Positions 11,531 to 23,869 are shown, numbered from the stretch's first letter. The stretch: 53,715 bases of DNA from Diploschistes diacapsis (GCA_023645945.1 JALAIB010000009.1:1-53715), one strand, 5' to 3'. The notes: generated from the sequence alone by a model not told the origin. Program-made: numbers and translations.

Positions 11531-14500
11531 ATGTCTCCAGCGCTGCAGGCAGCCGAAGCAGAATGGCTGGCCCAGTTAGCGAGTATGCGCAAAGCTATAC
11601 AAGATTTAAAGTTGGATCAGCAGAGCTTTAAAACTAACGCTTATCTAAATGACGATTCTATCACGGATGATGATCTAGGAGGCGGTAGCAGTGATGACAT
11701 CTGGGATATCAGTGACAATGAGTATGAATACAGCAGTGACTCTCTGGAGGAGTCGGATGGAGTCTTAACAAATGGCTCGAAACCGGGGTCTTTTGGTAGA
11801 GATTGGCTTCGGTCTAAGTGTGCAGACTTTGGGCGTAAGAAGTCTGGACTGAATGCTTCTGAGCTGGAGCAGCAGGTCGTGGCCCTTTTGGCATCAGATA
11901 GTCAAAGTAAGTTATTCATGGTACGCTTTTTACAGAAATGTTCTTACAAGTCTTGTAGATGATGAGCTCCAGATGTCGCTTGCAGACATCATTGGTTACG
12001 ATGACCTCGATTTGGTTATAGACTTGATTTCACATCGCCAGGAGATCTTGACTGCGCCTATTGAGAATGGTATTGCCAAGGATCGCCGTGATGGCCCCTT
12101 AGGGCGTCTTCAGACGAAACAGGAGCGTGAAGAGTCCTTGAGACGTCAGGACTGGCAGCATAAGAATGCGGCGTTGGCTCCAGCTGCGAGCCGCGGAGAC
12201 CCAGAGTATCCCCATGTCTACCGAGCCCACAAAGCCAACAATCTTCTTGCTCCTGGAGGTCATAAATATGCTTTACCTGTAGGCAGCGAACGCAAGGAGC
12301 ACGACAAGTACGAGGAGTACTTGATTCCAGCTACCAAGGTTGGTACTCTCGGTACAGGACAGAAAATTATCGAAATAGCAGACATGGACGGTCTATGTCG
12401 CCAAACTTTCAAAGGCTACAGGTCCTTGAACAGAATGCAGAGTCTCGTGTTTCCTGTTGCGTACAGGACGAGCGAGAACATGTTGATCTGTGCTCCGACC
12501 GGTGCGGGTAAGACTGACGCTGCGATGTTGACTATCCTGAATGCCATCAGCCACAACATTATACCCAGTCCGCAGGAACAACGCGATGCTACTGACTTTG
12601 TCGTCAATACAGAAGACTTCAAAATTGTTTACGTGGCACCCATGAAGGCGCTCGCTGCCGAAGTCACAGAGAAGCTAGGTAAGCGCCTGGCCTGGCTAGG
12701 CATACAGGCACGAGAGTTTACGGGTGATATGCATCTTACGAAAAAGGAGATTGTACAGACGCAGATCATTGTCACAACCCCTGAAAAGTGGGATGTGGTG
12801 ACTCGAAAGAGCACTGGCGACACCGAGCTCGTCCAGAAAGTGCGACTACTGATCATCGATGAAGTACATATGCTTCACGACGAGCGAGGAGCAGTGCTTG
12901 AATCACTTGTTGCTCGAACCCAGCGACAGGTCGAAAGTACTCAGTCGCTAATCCGCATTGTCGGCCTTTCCGCTACGCTTCCTAATTATGCTGATGTTGC
13001 AGACTTCCTCAAAGTCAACCGATACGCTGGAATGTTTTACTTTGATGCTTCGTTTAGACCTGTCCCGCTTGAGCAGCACTTTGTCGGGGTCAAAGGCAAA
13101 GCTGGTACCAAGCACTCAAAAGATAACCTCGACTTGGTCGCTTTTGAGAAGGTCAAAGACATGCTCCAGCACGGCCACCAAGTCATGGTGTTTGTACATT
13201 CACGGAAAGACACGGTTGCGACGGCAAGGACCTTGATATCCATGGCAGGCGAACATGGCTGTGAAAATTTACTTGACTGTTCTGGTGTTGAAGGCTACTC
13301 TAACGCCATCAAGGAATTGAAGACAGCTAGAGGCCAAGAGGTCAAAGAGCTTGTGCCAAAGGGCTTCGGAACCCATCATGCCGGAATGCCTCGAACCGAT
13401 AGAAACAGAATCGAAACATTATTTCTTCGAGGTCACATCAATGTTTTGTGCTGTACGGCGACCCTAGCATGGGGTGTCAATCTTCCCGCAGCTGCCGTCA
13501 TCATCAAAGGTACACAGCTGTACAGCGCGGAGGCAGGTAAGTTTGTGGACCTTGGCATACTGGATGTTCTTCAGATTTTCGGTCGTGCTGGGCGTCCGCA
13601 GTTTGATTCCACCGGCACTGGGTTTATTCTAACATCGCAAGATAAGTTGCAGCACTATCTTTCTGCCGTCACGCAACAGCATGACATTGAGTCCAACTTC
13701 TCAAAGAAGTTGGTGGATAATCTCAATGCGGAAGTTTCGCTGGGCACAGTAACTTCGGTCCAGGATGCCGTACAGTGGCTCGGTTACTCGTATCTCTTTG
13801 TCAGAATGAAACGTAACCCATCCGCTTATGGCATTGACTTTAACGAGATTCAGGATGACCCACAACTAGTCCGACGAAGGCGAAAGCTAGTAATCGAAGC
13901 CGCAACAACTCTTGAGGCAAGCCAGATGATCATCTTTAATCGAACTACCGAGGATCTCAAGATCAAAGATGTTGGACGAATAGCGAGCCAGTATTACGTT
14001 CTTCACTCAAGTATCGATATGATAAACAAGGAAATGAAGCCACTAAATGGCGAGGAAGACATCCTTAGAATGGTCAGCATGAGCGGAGAATTCAGCCAGA
14101 TTCAGGCTCGCGAGAGCGAAGCAAAGGAGCTTGAGCGTCTGAAGGATGAATTTACAGAATACGAAGTTAAAGATCGCAGCGCGTCGCCAACGGGTAAGAC
14201 GAATGTCTTGCTGCAATCTTACATTTCAAGAGCAAAGGTCGAGGATTTTGCTTTGATCTCTGATACTAACTATGTTGCTCAAAACGCGGCTCGCATTTGC
14301 AGAGCCTTGTTCATGATTGCCTTGAATCGGAGATGGGGCTATCAGTGTCTTCGACTACTATCCCTTTGCAAGGCTATCGAAAAGCAGATCTGGCCTACTA
14401 TGCATCCTTTCCATCAGTTCGATCTTCCAATTCCTATACTACAGAATCTTGACAGGAAAGGCACTACCGCACATGTCGACTCTCTCAGAGACATGGAACC

Positions 14501-17500
14501 CGCTGAGTTGGGCCAGTTGGTCCACAACCGTGGCATGGGCAGGACTCTCTCAAGGCTTCTCGATCATTTTCCGACTCTAAGTGTCGAGGCGGAGATTGCT
14601 CCGCTCAACCGTGATGTGCTGCGAATACATCTATACCTTATGGCTGACTTCCAATGGGATAACAGGCATAATGGCACGTCAGAATCGTACTGGATCTGGG
14701 TTGAGAACTCGGAAACCTCTGAAATTTATCACCATGAGTACTTTATTCTCAACCGCAAGAAGCTCTATGAGGATCATGAGATGCATTTCACCATTCCCCT
14801 ATCAGATCCGCTACCTAATCAAATCTATATCCGTGCAGTATCGGATCGTTGGTTAGGCGCAGACACCGTTACACCTGTGTCGTTTCAGCACCTCATCAGG
14901 CCCGATACAGAAAGTGTTTATACAGACTTGCTCAATCTTCAGCCTTTGCCGGTTACTGCGCTTAAGAACCCTCTTCTCGAAAAGATTTACAGCCAGCGAT
15001 TCCAATTCTTCAATCCTATGCAGACCCAAATCTTCCACACGCTCTATCATACGTCCGAGAACGTCCTTTTGGGTTCTCCGACCGGTAGTGGTAAGACCAT
15101 AGCTTGCGAGCTTGCAATGTGGTGGGCCTTCCGTGAGAAGCCTGGGTCAAAGGTTGTCTATATTGCTCCGATGAAGGCTTTAGTTCGCGAAAGAGTGCAA
15201 GACTGGAGGAAGCACCTAACTCAACCCATGGGCTTGAAGCTTGTCGAGCTGACAGGTGATAACACACCCGATACTCGAACGATACGGGATGCCGATATCA
15301 TTATAACAACGCCTGAGAAGTGGGATGGCATTAGCCGTAGCTGGCAGACGAGAGGCTATGTTAGACAAGTAAGTCTTGTCATTATTGACGAAATCCATCT
15401 TCTGGGAGGAGACAGGGGGCCGATTCTAGAAATTATTGTCTCGCGTATGAACTACATTGCATCTCAGTCAAAAGGGTCCGTGAGGCTTGTGGGCATGTCG
15501 ACCGCCTGCGCTAATGCCATGGATCTTGGAAACTGGCTTGGTGTCAAGCAAGGCCTCTTCAACTTCCGGCACTCGGTCAGGCCGGTACCCCTTCAGATCT
15601 ACATTGATGGCTTTCCTGAGCAAAGAGGGTTCTGTCCCCTGATGCAGTCCATGAATCGGCCAACGTTCCTAGCGATCAAGAATCACTCGCCTGAGAAGCC
15701 AGTGATTGTTTTTGTTGCATCAAGAAGACAGACTCGCTTGACAGCAAAGGACTTGATCAATTTCTGTGGGATGGAGGATAATCCGCGCCGCTTCGTGCGA
15801 ATGTCTGAGGATGACCTACAATTCGTGCTGACTACTGTCAAAGACGACGCGCTCAGAGAAGCTCTCAGCTTCGGTATTGGCCTCCATCATGCCGGTCTCG
15901 TTGAGTCAGATCGTCAGCTTGCAGAAGAGCTCTTCGCAAATAACAAGATCCAGATTCTCGTCGCCACCAGCACACTAGCTTGGGGTGTCAATCTACCAGC
16001 CCATCTAGTGGTTGTGAAAGGTACACAATTCTTTGATGCAAAGATTGAAGGCTACAAGGACATGGACCTTACCGATGTATTGCAGATGCTTGGTAGGGCC
16101 GGACGTCCGCAATTCGACACGTCCGGAATCGCGCGAATCTTCACACAAGATGCGAAGAAAGACTTCTACAAGCACTTCCTCCACACTGGCTTCCCAGTCG
16201 AATCCTCGTTACATAATGTCCTTGACAATCACTTGGGCGCTGAAGTATCAGCTGGTACAATTATCACGAAACAAGATGCCCTAGATTATCTAACATGGAC
16301 ATTCTTCTTCCGCCGCCTTCACAAGAATCCTTCATACTACGGTCTCGAGATCTCTGCAGAAGAGCATAACTCAACGGCCGCGCAGACTCTCGCTAATGAG
16401 TACATGATCTCGTTGGTGGATAAATCCCTCGAAGCCCTCGCTGAATCGAGCTGCATAACCCTCTACTCGAATGGCGACGTCGACTCCACCGCCCTCGGTA
16501 AGATCATGTCCTACTACTACCTCTCACACTTGACAATCCGCCACCTCGTCACCCATGCCAAACGTAACGCCTCCTTCACCGACGTGCTCTCCTGGATGTG
16601 CTCCGCTACCGAGTTTAACGAACTCCCCGTGCGCCACAACGAAGACCTTATCAACGCGGAGCTAGCAAAGCACCTACCTCTCCCTGCTTCTGCCATGGAC
16701 CAATCAAACATGGCGGATCCCCACGTCAAAGCCTTCCTTCTGCTACAAGCCCACATGTCCCGCATCGACCTCCCCATAAGCGACTACGTTGGAGACCAAA
16801 ACTCGGTGCTGGACCAGAGCATCCGAATCATTCAAGCCTCCATCGACGTCCTTACAGAACTCGGCTTCTTCCCCGCCTGCAAAATGATGATCACGCTCCT
16901 CCAGTGCATCAAATCCGCGCGCTGGCCAACCAACAACCCTCTTTCCATCCTCCCAGGCATCGAGCCCGAAGCCCCTCTCACTGAAGACACCTCAGAAGGT
17001 ATACCAAAAGACCTCGTCGCTCTCGCCTCCTCAACCACACCCTCAGCTACGCTCCTATCCACCCTCCAAATCCCCGCCTCCCAGCGCACCCAAGCCCAGC
17101 GCGCCCTCTCCTTCCTCCCGTCCCTCAAGCTCAACCTCCCGCCGTCAGCGCCGTCGTCCATCGGCGTCGTGCTGTCCCGCGCGAACGCGCACCCTGCGCC
17201 TAACGACTTCCACGTCTATGCGCCGCGATATCCGAAGGCGCAGAGCGAGGGGTATTTCGTTCTGGCTGTTGATCCGGCGGGGGATGAAGTCGTTGCTTTG
17301 AAGCGCGTGGGGTGGAATAGTGGGGCTGTGGCGAGGAACAAGGGTGCTGCTAGGAGTTCAGGTAGTGGAGGGGCTGGTGCTGGCGTGGGGAGTTCAGGGC
17401 CGAAGGCGAGGCCCAGTGCCAGGACGACGTTGAAGATTGGTGACGGTGGTGGTAGTGATAATACCGGTGGCGCAGGCGAAGGACTAGGCAAAATTGGAAG

Positions 17501-17651
17501 GGATGGAAGGTTCATGGACGTATACGCGCTCAGTGATGCGTATGTGGGGATGGAGTGGGTTGTTAAGGGCGTGGAAGTTAAGGCGATGCCGGAGACTGTG
17601 GTGGTTGAAGGGGCTGAGAAGGGAAAGGGCAAGGGTGAGGGTCGGGAGTGA
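11531..17651 (+). CDS. SLH1: Ski2-like double-cassette DExH helicase Slh1/Rqt2 (ASCC3 ortholog). Exons 11531-11906, 11959-17651
   Basis: Two helicase cassettes (APTGAGKT/DEVH and SPTGSGKT/DEIH), each with a GRAGRPQFD motif and a Sec63 region. About 2000 aa, one intron GTAAGT...TAG. Confidence 0.93.
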
Positions 17652-17975
17652 GCTGTTGCGCTTTCTACGGTTTGGGGGTTATCTTTTGGCTGCGGTGACG
17701 GTCTTAGTGATGATGAAATAAATATGCTCACTGGGTTATATTATAGAAAATTAGGTTAGATACGTAGAGATAGATACGGCGCGCGGTTGCATGAGCGAGG
17801 AAAATTACTGGTGCAAGCGCGAGCATGAGTATTATATATTATATGGGTTTGAGCAATTCAAATCATAGTCATAGAGTCATCGAATTCGTTTAGCTCGACC
17901 TTTTTACCATACACCCCAAACGATAGACTTATGGCCAAAACAATAGGTATCTTCTGCCGCTAACTTACAGACATC

Positions 17976-18005
17976 CCAAGCCAAGCCAAGCCAAGCCAAG
18001 CCAAG
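17976..18005 (+). repeat. (CCAAG)6 microsatellite
   Basis: Six perfect tandem copies directly upstream of the NC2-beta ORF. Confidence 0.95.
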
Positions 18006-18020
18006 CCCCCACAGCTAACG

Positions 18021-18452
18021 ATGGCGGCAGCAACGGACGACCTCTCGCTGCCGAAAGCGACGATGCAAAAGATCATCCTCGAGATCCTGGGCGACAAGGC
18101 CGGGCTCAGCTTCGGCAAGGACGCGCGGGACCTGCTGATCGACTGCAGCGTCGAGTTCGTGACCATGGTGTCGAGCCAGGCCAACGAGATCGCGGAGCAG
18201 GAGGCCAAGAAGACGATCGCGGCCGAGCACGTGGAGAGGGCGCTGCGCGAGCTGGGCTTCCCCGAGTACGTGGCCGAGGTGCTGGCGGTCGCGGGCGAGC
18301 ACAGGGAGCAGCTGCGCACGCGCGAGAAGCGCACCAGCAAGATGGAGCTGTCCGGCCTGTCCGAGGCCGAGCTGCTGCGCCAGCAGCAGGAGCTGTTCAA
18401 GTCCGCCACGGAGAAGTACCACTCCGGCGAGGCGAAGGAGGAGGGCGCTTGA
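18021..18452 (+). CDS. NCB2: Negative cofactor 2 beta subunit (Ncb2/Dr1), histone fold; true start possibly on an upstream exon
   Basis: DDLSLPKATMQKII, DARDLLIDCSVEFVTMVSSQANEIAEQEAKKTIAAEHVERALRELGF and SGLSEAELLRQQQELF. Confidence 0.92.
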   Translation: MAAATDDLSLPKATMQKIILEILGDKAGLSFGKDARDLLIDCSVEFVTMVSSQANEIAEQEAKKTIAAEHVERALRELGFPEYVAEVLAVAGEHREQLRTREKRTSKMELSGLSEAELLRQQQELFKSATEKYHSGEAKEEGA

Positions 18453-18947
18453 AGAAGAAGGCGTGGGAGAACGTCGGGGTAGAGGAGCCGTTGCCTGTTT
18501 TTTAGCTGGATCATGGCGTGTGTTCTTTGCCGGGAACTAGTGGAGGGTGGGGGGGAGTTCAGCGTTTTGTGGGATTAAGGGCATGCATGTTTTCGGGGTT
18601 GCGTGGTGGTACGGGGATACGTTTTTTCAGCATACATGGCCCTGTAGTAGCAGCGCCCTTTTGGGACCAATTTTTTATACCCCCAAAGCGAAGTTTGTAC
18701 AAGCACGTAATCAACCTATATTTAATGCAGTCGTTCATTCATTGTCGTATTGTCATTCCTTCTATGGGAGGAAAAAAGCCAGGATGTCTGTGCGCCACCA
18801 CCAGAAGGGCCAGGTCGAGCACCGTAGCCTTCTTAAACCTGTTGTTCCAATACTGTACAACGCCAAATCAATGCATCACGCCTTCTGCTAAGGAATCTCT
18901 GTCTGCCGCTCCTGTGATACGTGGTGTCCGTAGCTTTGCCTGCAACC

Positions 18948-19875
18948 CTAGCTTCTCAAAGCTCTTAATCGCTCTCCAAGGCCATCCTCTTCCACCTCCG
19001 TAGGGCCCGTCGTAACCTTCTTCGGCGGCTCGGCTTGGTTCATTTCCGTCTGTAGTTCTACACCAGCTTCGTCCGCGACTTGGTTCATGAGGGAGTCGAC
19101 CGCATCCTGCGGCGTTCCCACGGCCGTTGCCTGGGAGGTCGCGTTCTCGTAGTACCCTGTTGCGACATCGAGGTCCTCGAATTGGGTTTCGAACCTGTCC
19201 ATCACATTCGAGATCTATATCCTCGTGTTAGTAGAAGGGCCGGCCTGGGTTAAGCACGCAGACGGAAGAGGACAGAGTGTGGAGCCGTTCAAGTGCGGCG
19301 GCATCTTGACTTTGAGCGCAAACACTGGTTGAGGGAGGATTGTACCTTCTCTAAATCCATACTCTTCATCGCACCATCCATACCCCTTACAACGTTGGCC
19401 ATGCTGCCCGTAACTTGTCGCATCGTAACGGCAGTCTGCACCCGGCTGGAAACAGCATCTATTCGGCTCGCTAGCCGTAGCAAATTGAGCTTCTCGTTCT
19501 GCTTCCGTATCGCATTTTGCGCATAGATCTTGGCGATGTCGGTATGATTTTTTTGAATAGCCTGTAATTGGAAGAGCAGAGACGTTAAATACTCTGCCTG
19601 TTTAGAGAGTGGGGTCTTGGGGATGGTGCCCAGCAGGAGGGGTCTGCGGGGACGAGGGATGAGACGAGGAGAATGCGAGAGCGAGACCGCTAGACGGATT
19701 TCCACATACGGACTTCAGCTTCGCCTTCTCGGCTGTTTCGTCTTTACCAGCTTTGGCGGCTTGCCGGTTGAGCTGCTTTGCGGTGAACTGGCGACGTTTT
19801 AGCAGAGCTGGCCAAACATAGCGGGGTTCAAGCACAAGCCTTGAGGTTGAAGAGGGCCTTTTCGAGGCCTGACAT
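18948..19875 (-). CDS. DID2: ESCRT-III associated Did2/Vps46 (CHMP1). Exons 19875-19840, 19787-19710, 19561-19346, 19214-18948
   Basis: [57 protein letters not shown] and C-terminal MIM-like [13 protein letters not shown]. Confidence 0.95.
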
Positions 19876-20271
19876 AGCGATAAAAGAGCTCAGATCTGGT
19901 CGAAAAACTAGGTAAACCTTCGTTGTAAGAATCTTGAGGAAGTAAGGTTGCTCGGCAGGCAGCCAATCTATTTGACTGTCCCATGCGTGAGAATGGCACC
20001 ATGCTTCGTATGACGCCAGACCACTAAGAACGCTAAGCCAGCCCAATGATAGCAAATCTTGAGGAATCTATAGGGTAGATTTTTGTATTATAGACCTACA
20101 AACGCTCAGCTACTCTACATCCTCTAAAAACCCCCTTCGATGCGCTAAAGAGTGTGGTGAGTAATATGCAGGAATCATCAACCAGATACTCCTTCCGAAA
20201 GCATGGGTATACCAAGTGCAAACCGACGTGGAAAGCTTTCCCTAACCCACACAGAACCGAATGAAAGCTGT

Positions 20272-21223
20272 CTAATGGAGCTTGTCTAAGTCGTTAAAGA
20301 ATACAACCTGCACAGCAACATCGTCCCAAACCTTCCTGCTAAGGGGCGGCAGAGCACTCATGACTCCTGTGAAGAGCTCCCTACGATTCCCACCAAAGGC
20401 GTTGCGGATAGCTGCGTTCTCGTCTTCGGCCGCAATATACTCCGACTTTACCTGCCAGTCCGGCTTTCCAAAAACGTCCGGTGGCATTCCCGGCTTCCCC
20501 GTAGTCTTCGGATCCCTATTTTCCCCTTGCCGTCAGCCATCGCTCGACGTATTCGGCAGCAGCCTCATTGGACATGGTGAATCCAAAGCCCATCGCCAGC
20601 CATGGTCAGAACATCGCCCTTCCGGACCTTCGTGACAATCACTTCTGGTTCAGCAGTTAGATATGGCGGACTCGTGAACTTCGGCCTGGCTTCGTGTCCA
20701 AAGTGGTTGTCGTGCATGGTTTCAAGGGCCTCGAGCGGATACTTCCACCGGCCGTCGCCGAACGCATGCGTGACGGCCAGGCCGACCAGGCGCCCCGTCC
20801 TGTCGTCGATACAGTCGTACTCTCCAGGGTATGCATCCCTGATACGCCTTGCCTCGGCGTCGCTGAAGCCTGTCTGGTCTACCGAGAGCGGCATCGCGAT
20901 GCGTTTGCCATTAGCGGCTTCACGTACTAGCACCGCGCGCGAGTCGCTGATGCAGGCGGTGTATGGAGTGGAATATGTCTTGTCGTGGAGACAGACCAGC
21001 GCGCATGAGCCGGAGTAGAAAGGGGCTTGCGCGTGGAGGGCTTTGCTAGGGCATTAGGAACGCTCTTCTCGGTTAGAGAGAGGGAGGCGAGGAACTTCTC
21101 TAGCAGGCCGTTGTCGAGGGCAATGAAAGCGGCTTCGATTGCGGCTATGATATTGCTTATGAAGCCGGATGAATCGTGGGAGTCAATTGTGGCCTCTTGA
21201 AGGCTTGATAGTGCGCTTTCCAA
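20272..21223 (-). pseudogene. Degraded PP2C-family (pyruvate dehydrogenase phosphatase-like) gene
   Basis: PP2C motifs are spread over shifting frames: AIEAAFIALD, FYSGSCALV, ISDSRAVL, LSVDQTG, GLAVTHAFGDGRWKY, PPYLTAEPEV, MAGDGLW, MSNEAAAEYVERWL, IRNAFGG and WDDVAVQVVFF. Frameshifts near 21045, 20580 and 20490; premature TAG at 20516-20518. Confidence 0.85.
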
Positions 21224-22712
21224 ATCTTGGAACCATTTCCTTTCGAGGGGTTGCCGATGTTGCAGAACCGCTACCGCGTACGGACATCAGCGTAGTGCTC
21301 GGCCTTGGAGTTCGAAAAGGCACGCTCGAATTGAGGAAATACCTCCGACTTAGAGCTCGATATACACTGAGGCCATGTATTATGGGAATGAGAACTTTAG
21401 CCTCTTTATACTATACTCTCTCATCAATATCATGGTTTGCATAATGGGATTGAATAGACTCCTCGTTAAGTATTCTCATACTTCACCACATATGCACGCT
21501 GGACAGGACAGTTGGCTCCCGGAGCCTTTCTAGCCTCTTGAAAGGAAGAAATCGCTCAAGACACAATATCCCGGCCACCGCCTTTGAAACGCAAGCAAAT
21601 ACAAACGAGGTAGAACACGATGCAAGCACGGTTTTTTGGACTGGATTGGAGGCTCTACAGGATACCTATCTCGTGGGATGTGTACAGGTCATCATGTCTC
21701 CGTCACTGATACTTTATGATGCCGTGAAAGCGTTGGAGCATTCGCTTCCTAAAGAAGGTAGACAAGTAAGTCGTCGGACCAGCCGTTTGGAAGAGAATAT
21801 TGTTGGAAATGAGAGGAAAGTTCAAGTAAGGAGTATTGATTGCGCAGTGCAGGCTGCGGTGGAACTTCTCTTGGGTAATAATTACCTGCGCTGACTAGAT
21901 ACGGACGACCAGGCGCGTGTTTGGCGATCGATACTTGGGGTACAGATGTTGTTTCCTGGCTTTTCCATGGTCGTCGTGAATTCTTTTATTCAATTCAGTG
22001 AACATGGGGAACAAGAGGCCCATGTGCGAATTAATACTAACCATCCGGAATCTTCGAGGCCGAGTAAGAATGAGCCCAGTCTGATGGTATTAGAATTGTG
22101 AAAACAAGTCTGATGGTATATTCTCATTTGTTGCTGAATTGCACAAAATACAACTGGCGATAGAAAGTAATGGTAACGACTACCTGGCCCAAACGGAGAA
22201 GCTTTTATTTTCCGCTGCTTCCAGCCAAGTGGCTACCTAATACCTAAGAGCACCTGTAGTCGAGCAACTTCCACATCATCATCTGGTGGTGGCGAATTGA
22301 TGAGTATGCCCCCCGACGCCACAATCGCTCGATATGCAACTCCCTCAAAACCCCTCGCCATGCAGTGAACAATCATTCTCGTAAAAGTGTTGTACAGACC
22401 CGGTTACCTCGACCACTCTTTTCCATTTGATGACGACCATACATTGGATATGCTTAGCGATTTCCGTTGCCCCAGCGCCCATGACGATGATTTCTACGAT
22501 CTCAAACATTTTCGACACGTCAACTCACTTTGTGAACCTCCTCCTCCCAAGGTAATAAGCTAGGTTCCACCAGACCTGTCGCGGAGCGCATAGCTAGTAG
22601 CCAAATGCACGCCGGGAAGATCGCATCCCCAAAATAAGGGGTCGCGCTCGTTGCCCGGGTGCAAAGCTGGACACTTCGCTTAGCAAGCTGGTGCGAGCCG
22701 ATCCGGCTGAAC

Positions 22713-23840
22713 CTAGGTTTCACCCGAGAAGATGACAAAATGGTCTTGATCGTGGAAATCGTGTTGGTCGAAGTTCACAAAGTCTTCTACGCTGTGCTTG
22801 CCCATGGTGAGGGGTTCGACGTCAAAGTCCACCATTGCGTCAAAGAGACCGTCGGTGGTATTTTCGGACTTGAGTGGGCCGGCTGCGGAAAAGGTGTCCT
22901 CGAAGCCGGTGATAGTGGGCCCAGGCGTGTCCACGGCGGTGCCGAAGAGATCGCCAAAGGTGTTATCGTAATCGTCGCCCGGGACAGGAGAGGACAGGGC
23001 GGTGGACGCTGTGGTGAGGGAGACGGAGATGGAGCTTCGTCGCGACATGGATAGCGAATCCTCGACTCGTGAGCCGGAGCTACCTCGGACTGACACTGCA
23101 GGTCTTCACAACATCGCTGCAGGATGTTGTGTCATATCCGAGGAGACGGCGAAATCTTGGATATCGGTCGCTGGCGACGACGGGGTGGGGGAGGGTGATG
23201 AATCGCGGTGATCGACGCTGTAGGAGCCATCCGATAATGGTGGCGAGGGGATAGAGTGAAAGTGTTCTGCTTCTTGCTTGAATTGCTGTTCGGTGGTTTC
23301 GGGTTCCTTGGGTGATAGGCCGAGTTTAGCCCTCAAGGAAATATTTTCTTCTTGGAGCTCTCGGTTCTTGCTCGCGAGAATGGCGAGTTGTTGCTTGAGA
23401 CGTTGATTTTCCTCCTCGACGACCCCTTTTTGATCTTCAAGGCACTCAACCTCCTTCCTCTTCCTTTCCCGAGACGAGTGAGCGGCCAGCCTGTTGCGGA
23501 TGACACGCTCTATCCGCCGCTGTTCCTTCTCCGCTTCGGTCTTGGCTCGTTTCCTGTTGTGCGTTAACATCAGTTGCGAACAGGGGGTTCGCTCTGTTAA
23601 ATCGTACCTTGGTGGAAGGTTGGTGGTAGGGGTCGGAAGTTGTTGACCCCATGACCTTCGCTTCTTAGTTTGCTTCTCGTCCTTCCCCTCCGTCTGGCTG
23701 GTGGGCGATGTTGGTGTCAACAAAGTGGTCGCTTCTGGCGAGACTGTGTTGTCAAAGTCGAGTGATTCTCGTGTGAAAGTGTTGCTGTAATTCTTGAAGG
23801 CTGCGTCGAGGCTGCCTTGGTTGATGAACTGAGTTGCCAT
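22713..23840 (-). CDS. HAC1: UPR bZIP transcription factor Hac1/HacA. Spliceosomal intron 23607-23554, unconventional intron 23119-23099. About 350 aa spliced, 226 aa unspliced
   Basis: KKRRSWGQQLPTPTTNLPPR/KRAKTEAEKEQRRIERVIRNRLAAHSSRERKR bZIP, then MTQHPA followed by two CTGCAG Ire1-type loops. The spliced frame continues HPAVSVRG into an acidic C-terminus. Confidence 0.95.
23092..23131 (-). other. Ire1 cleavage stem-loops flanking a 21-nt unconventional intron (23119-23099)
   Basis: mRNA CACAACAUC-CUGCAGC-GAUGUUGUG forms a 9-bp stem with a 7-nt loop, followed by GAC-CUGCAGU-GUC. Both loops fit the CNG/CNGN consensus and the CTGCAG copies are 21 nt apart. Confidence 0.92.
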
Positions 23841-23869
23841 GGTAGTTGAAGATCAGTCGAGAGAGCTTG

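Noticed and set aside
11853..11958. ORF-track start of the 1932-aa helicase
   Set aside because: It is out of frame with exon 1 and runs through the intron; the true start is likely 11531.
17960..18514. Minus-strand ORFs of 184 and 135 aa over NCB2
   Set aside because: They are antisense artefacts of very high GC3 codon usage.
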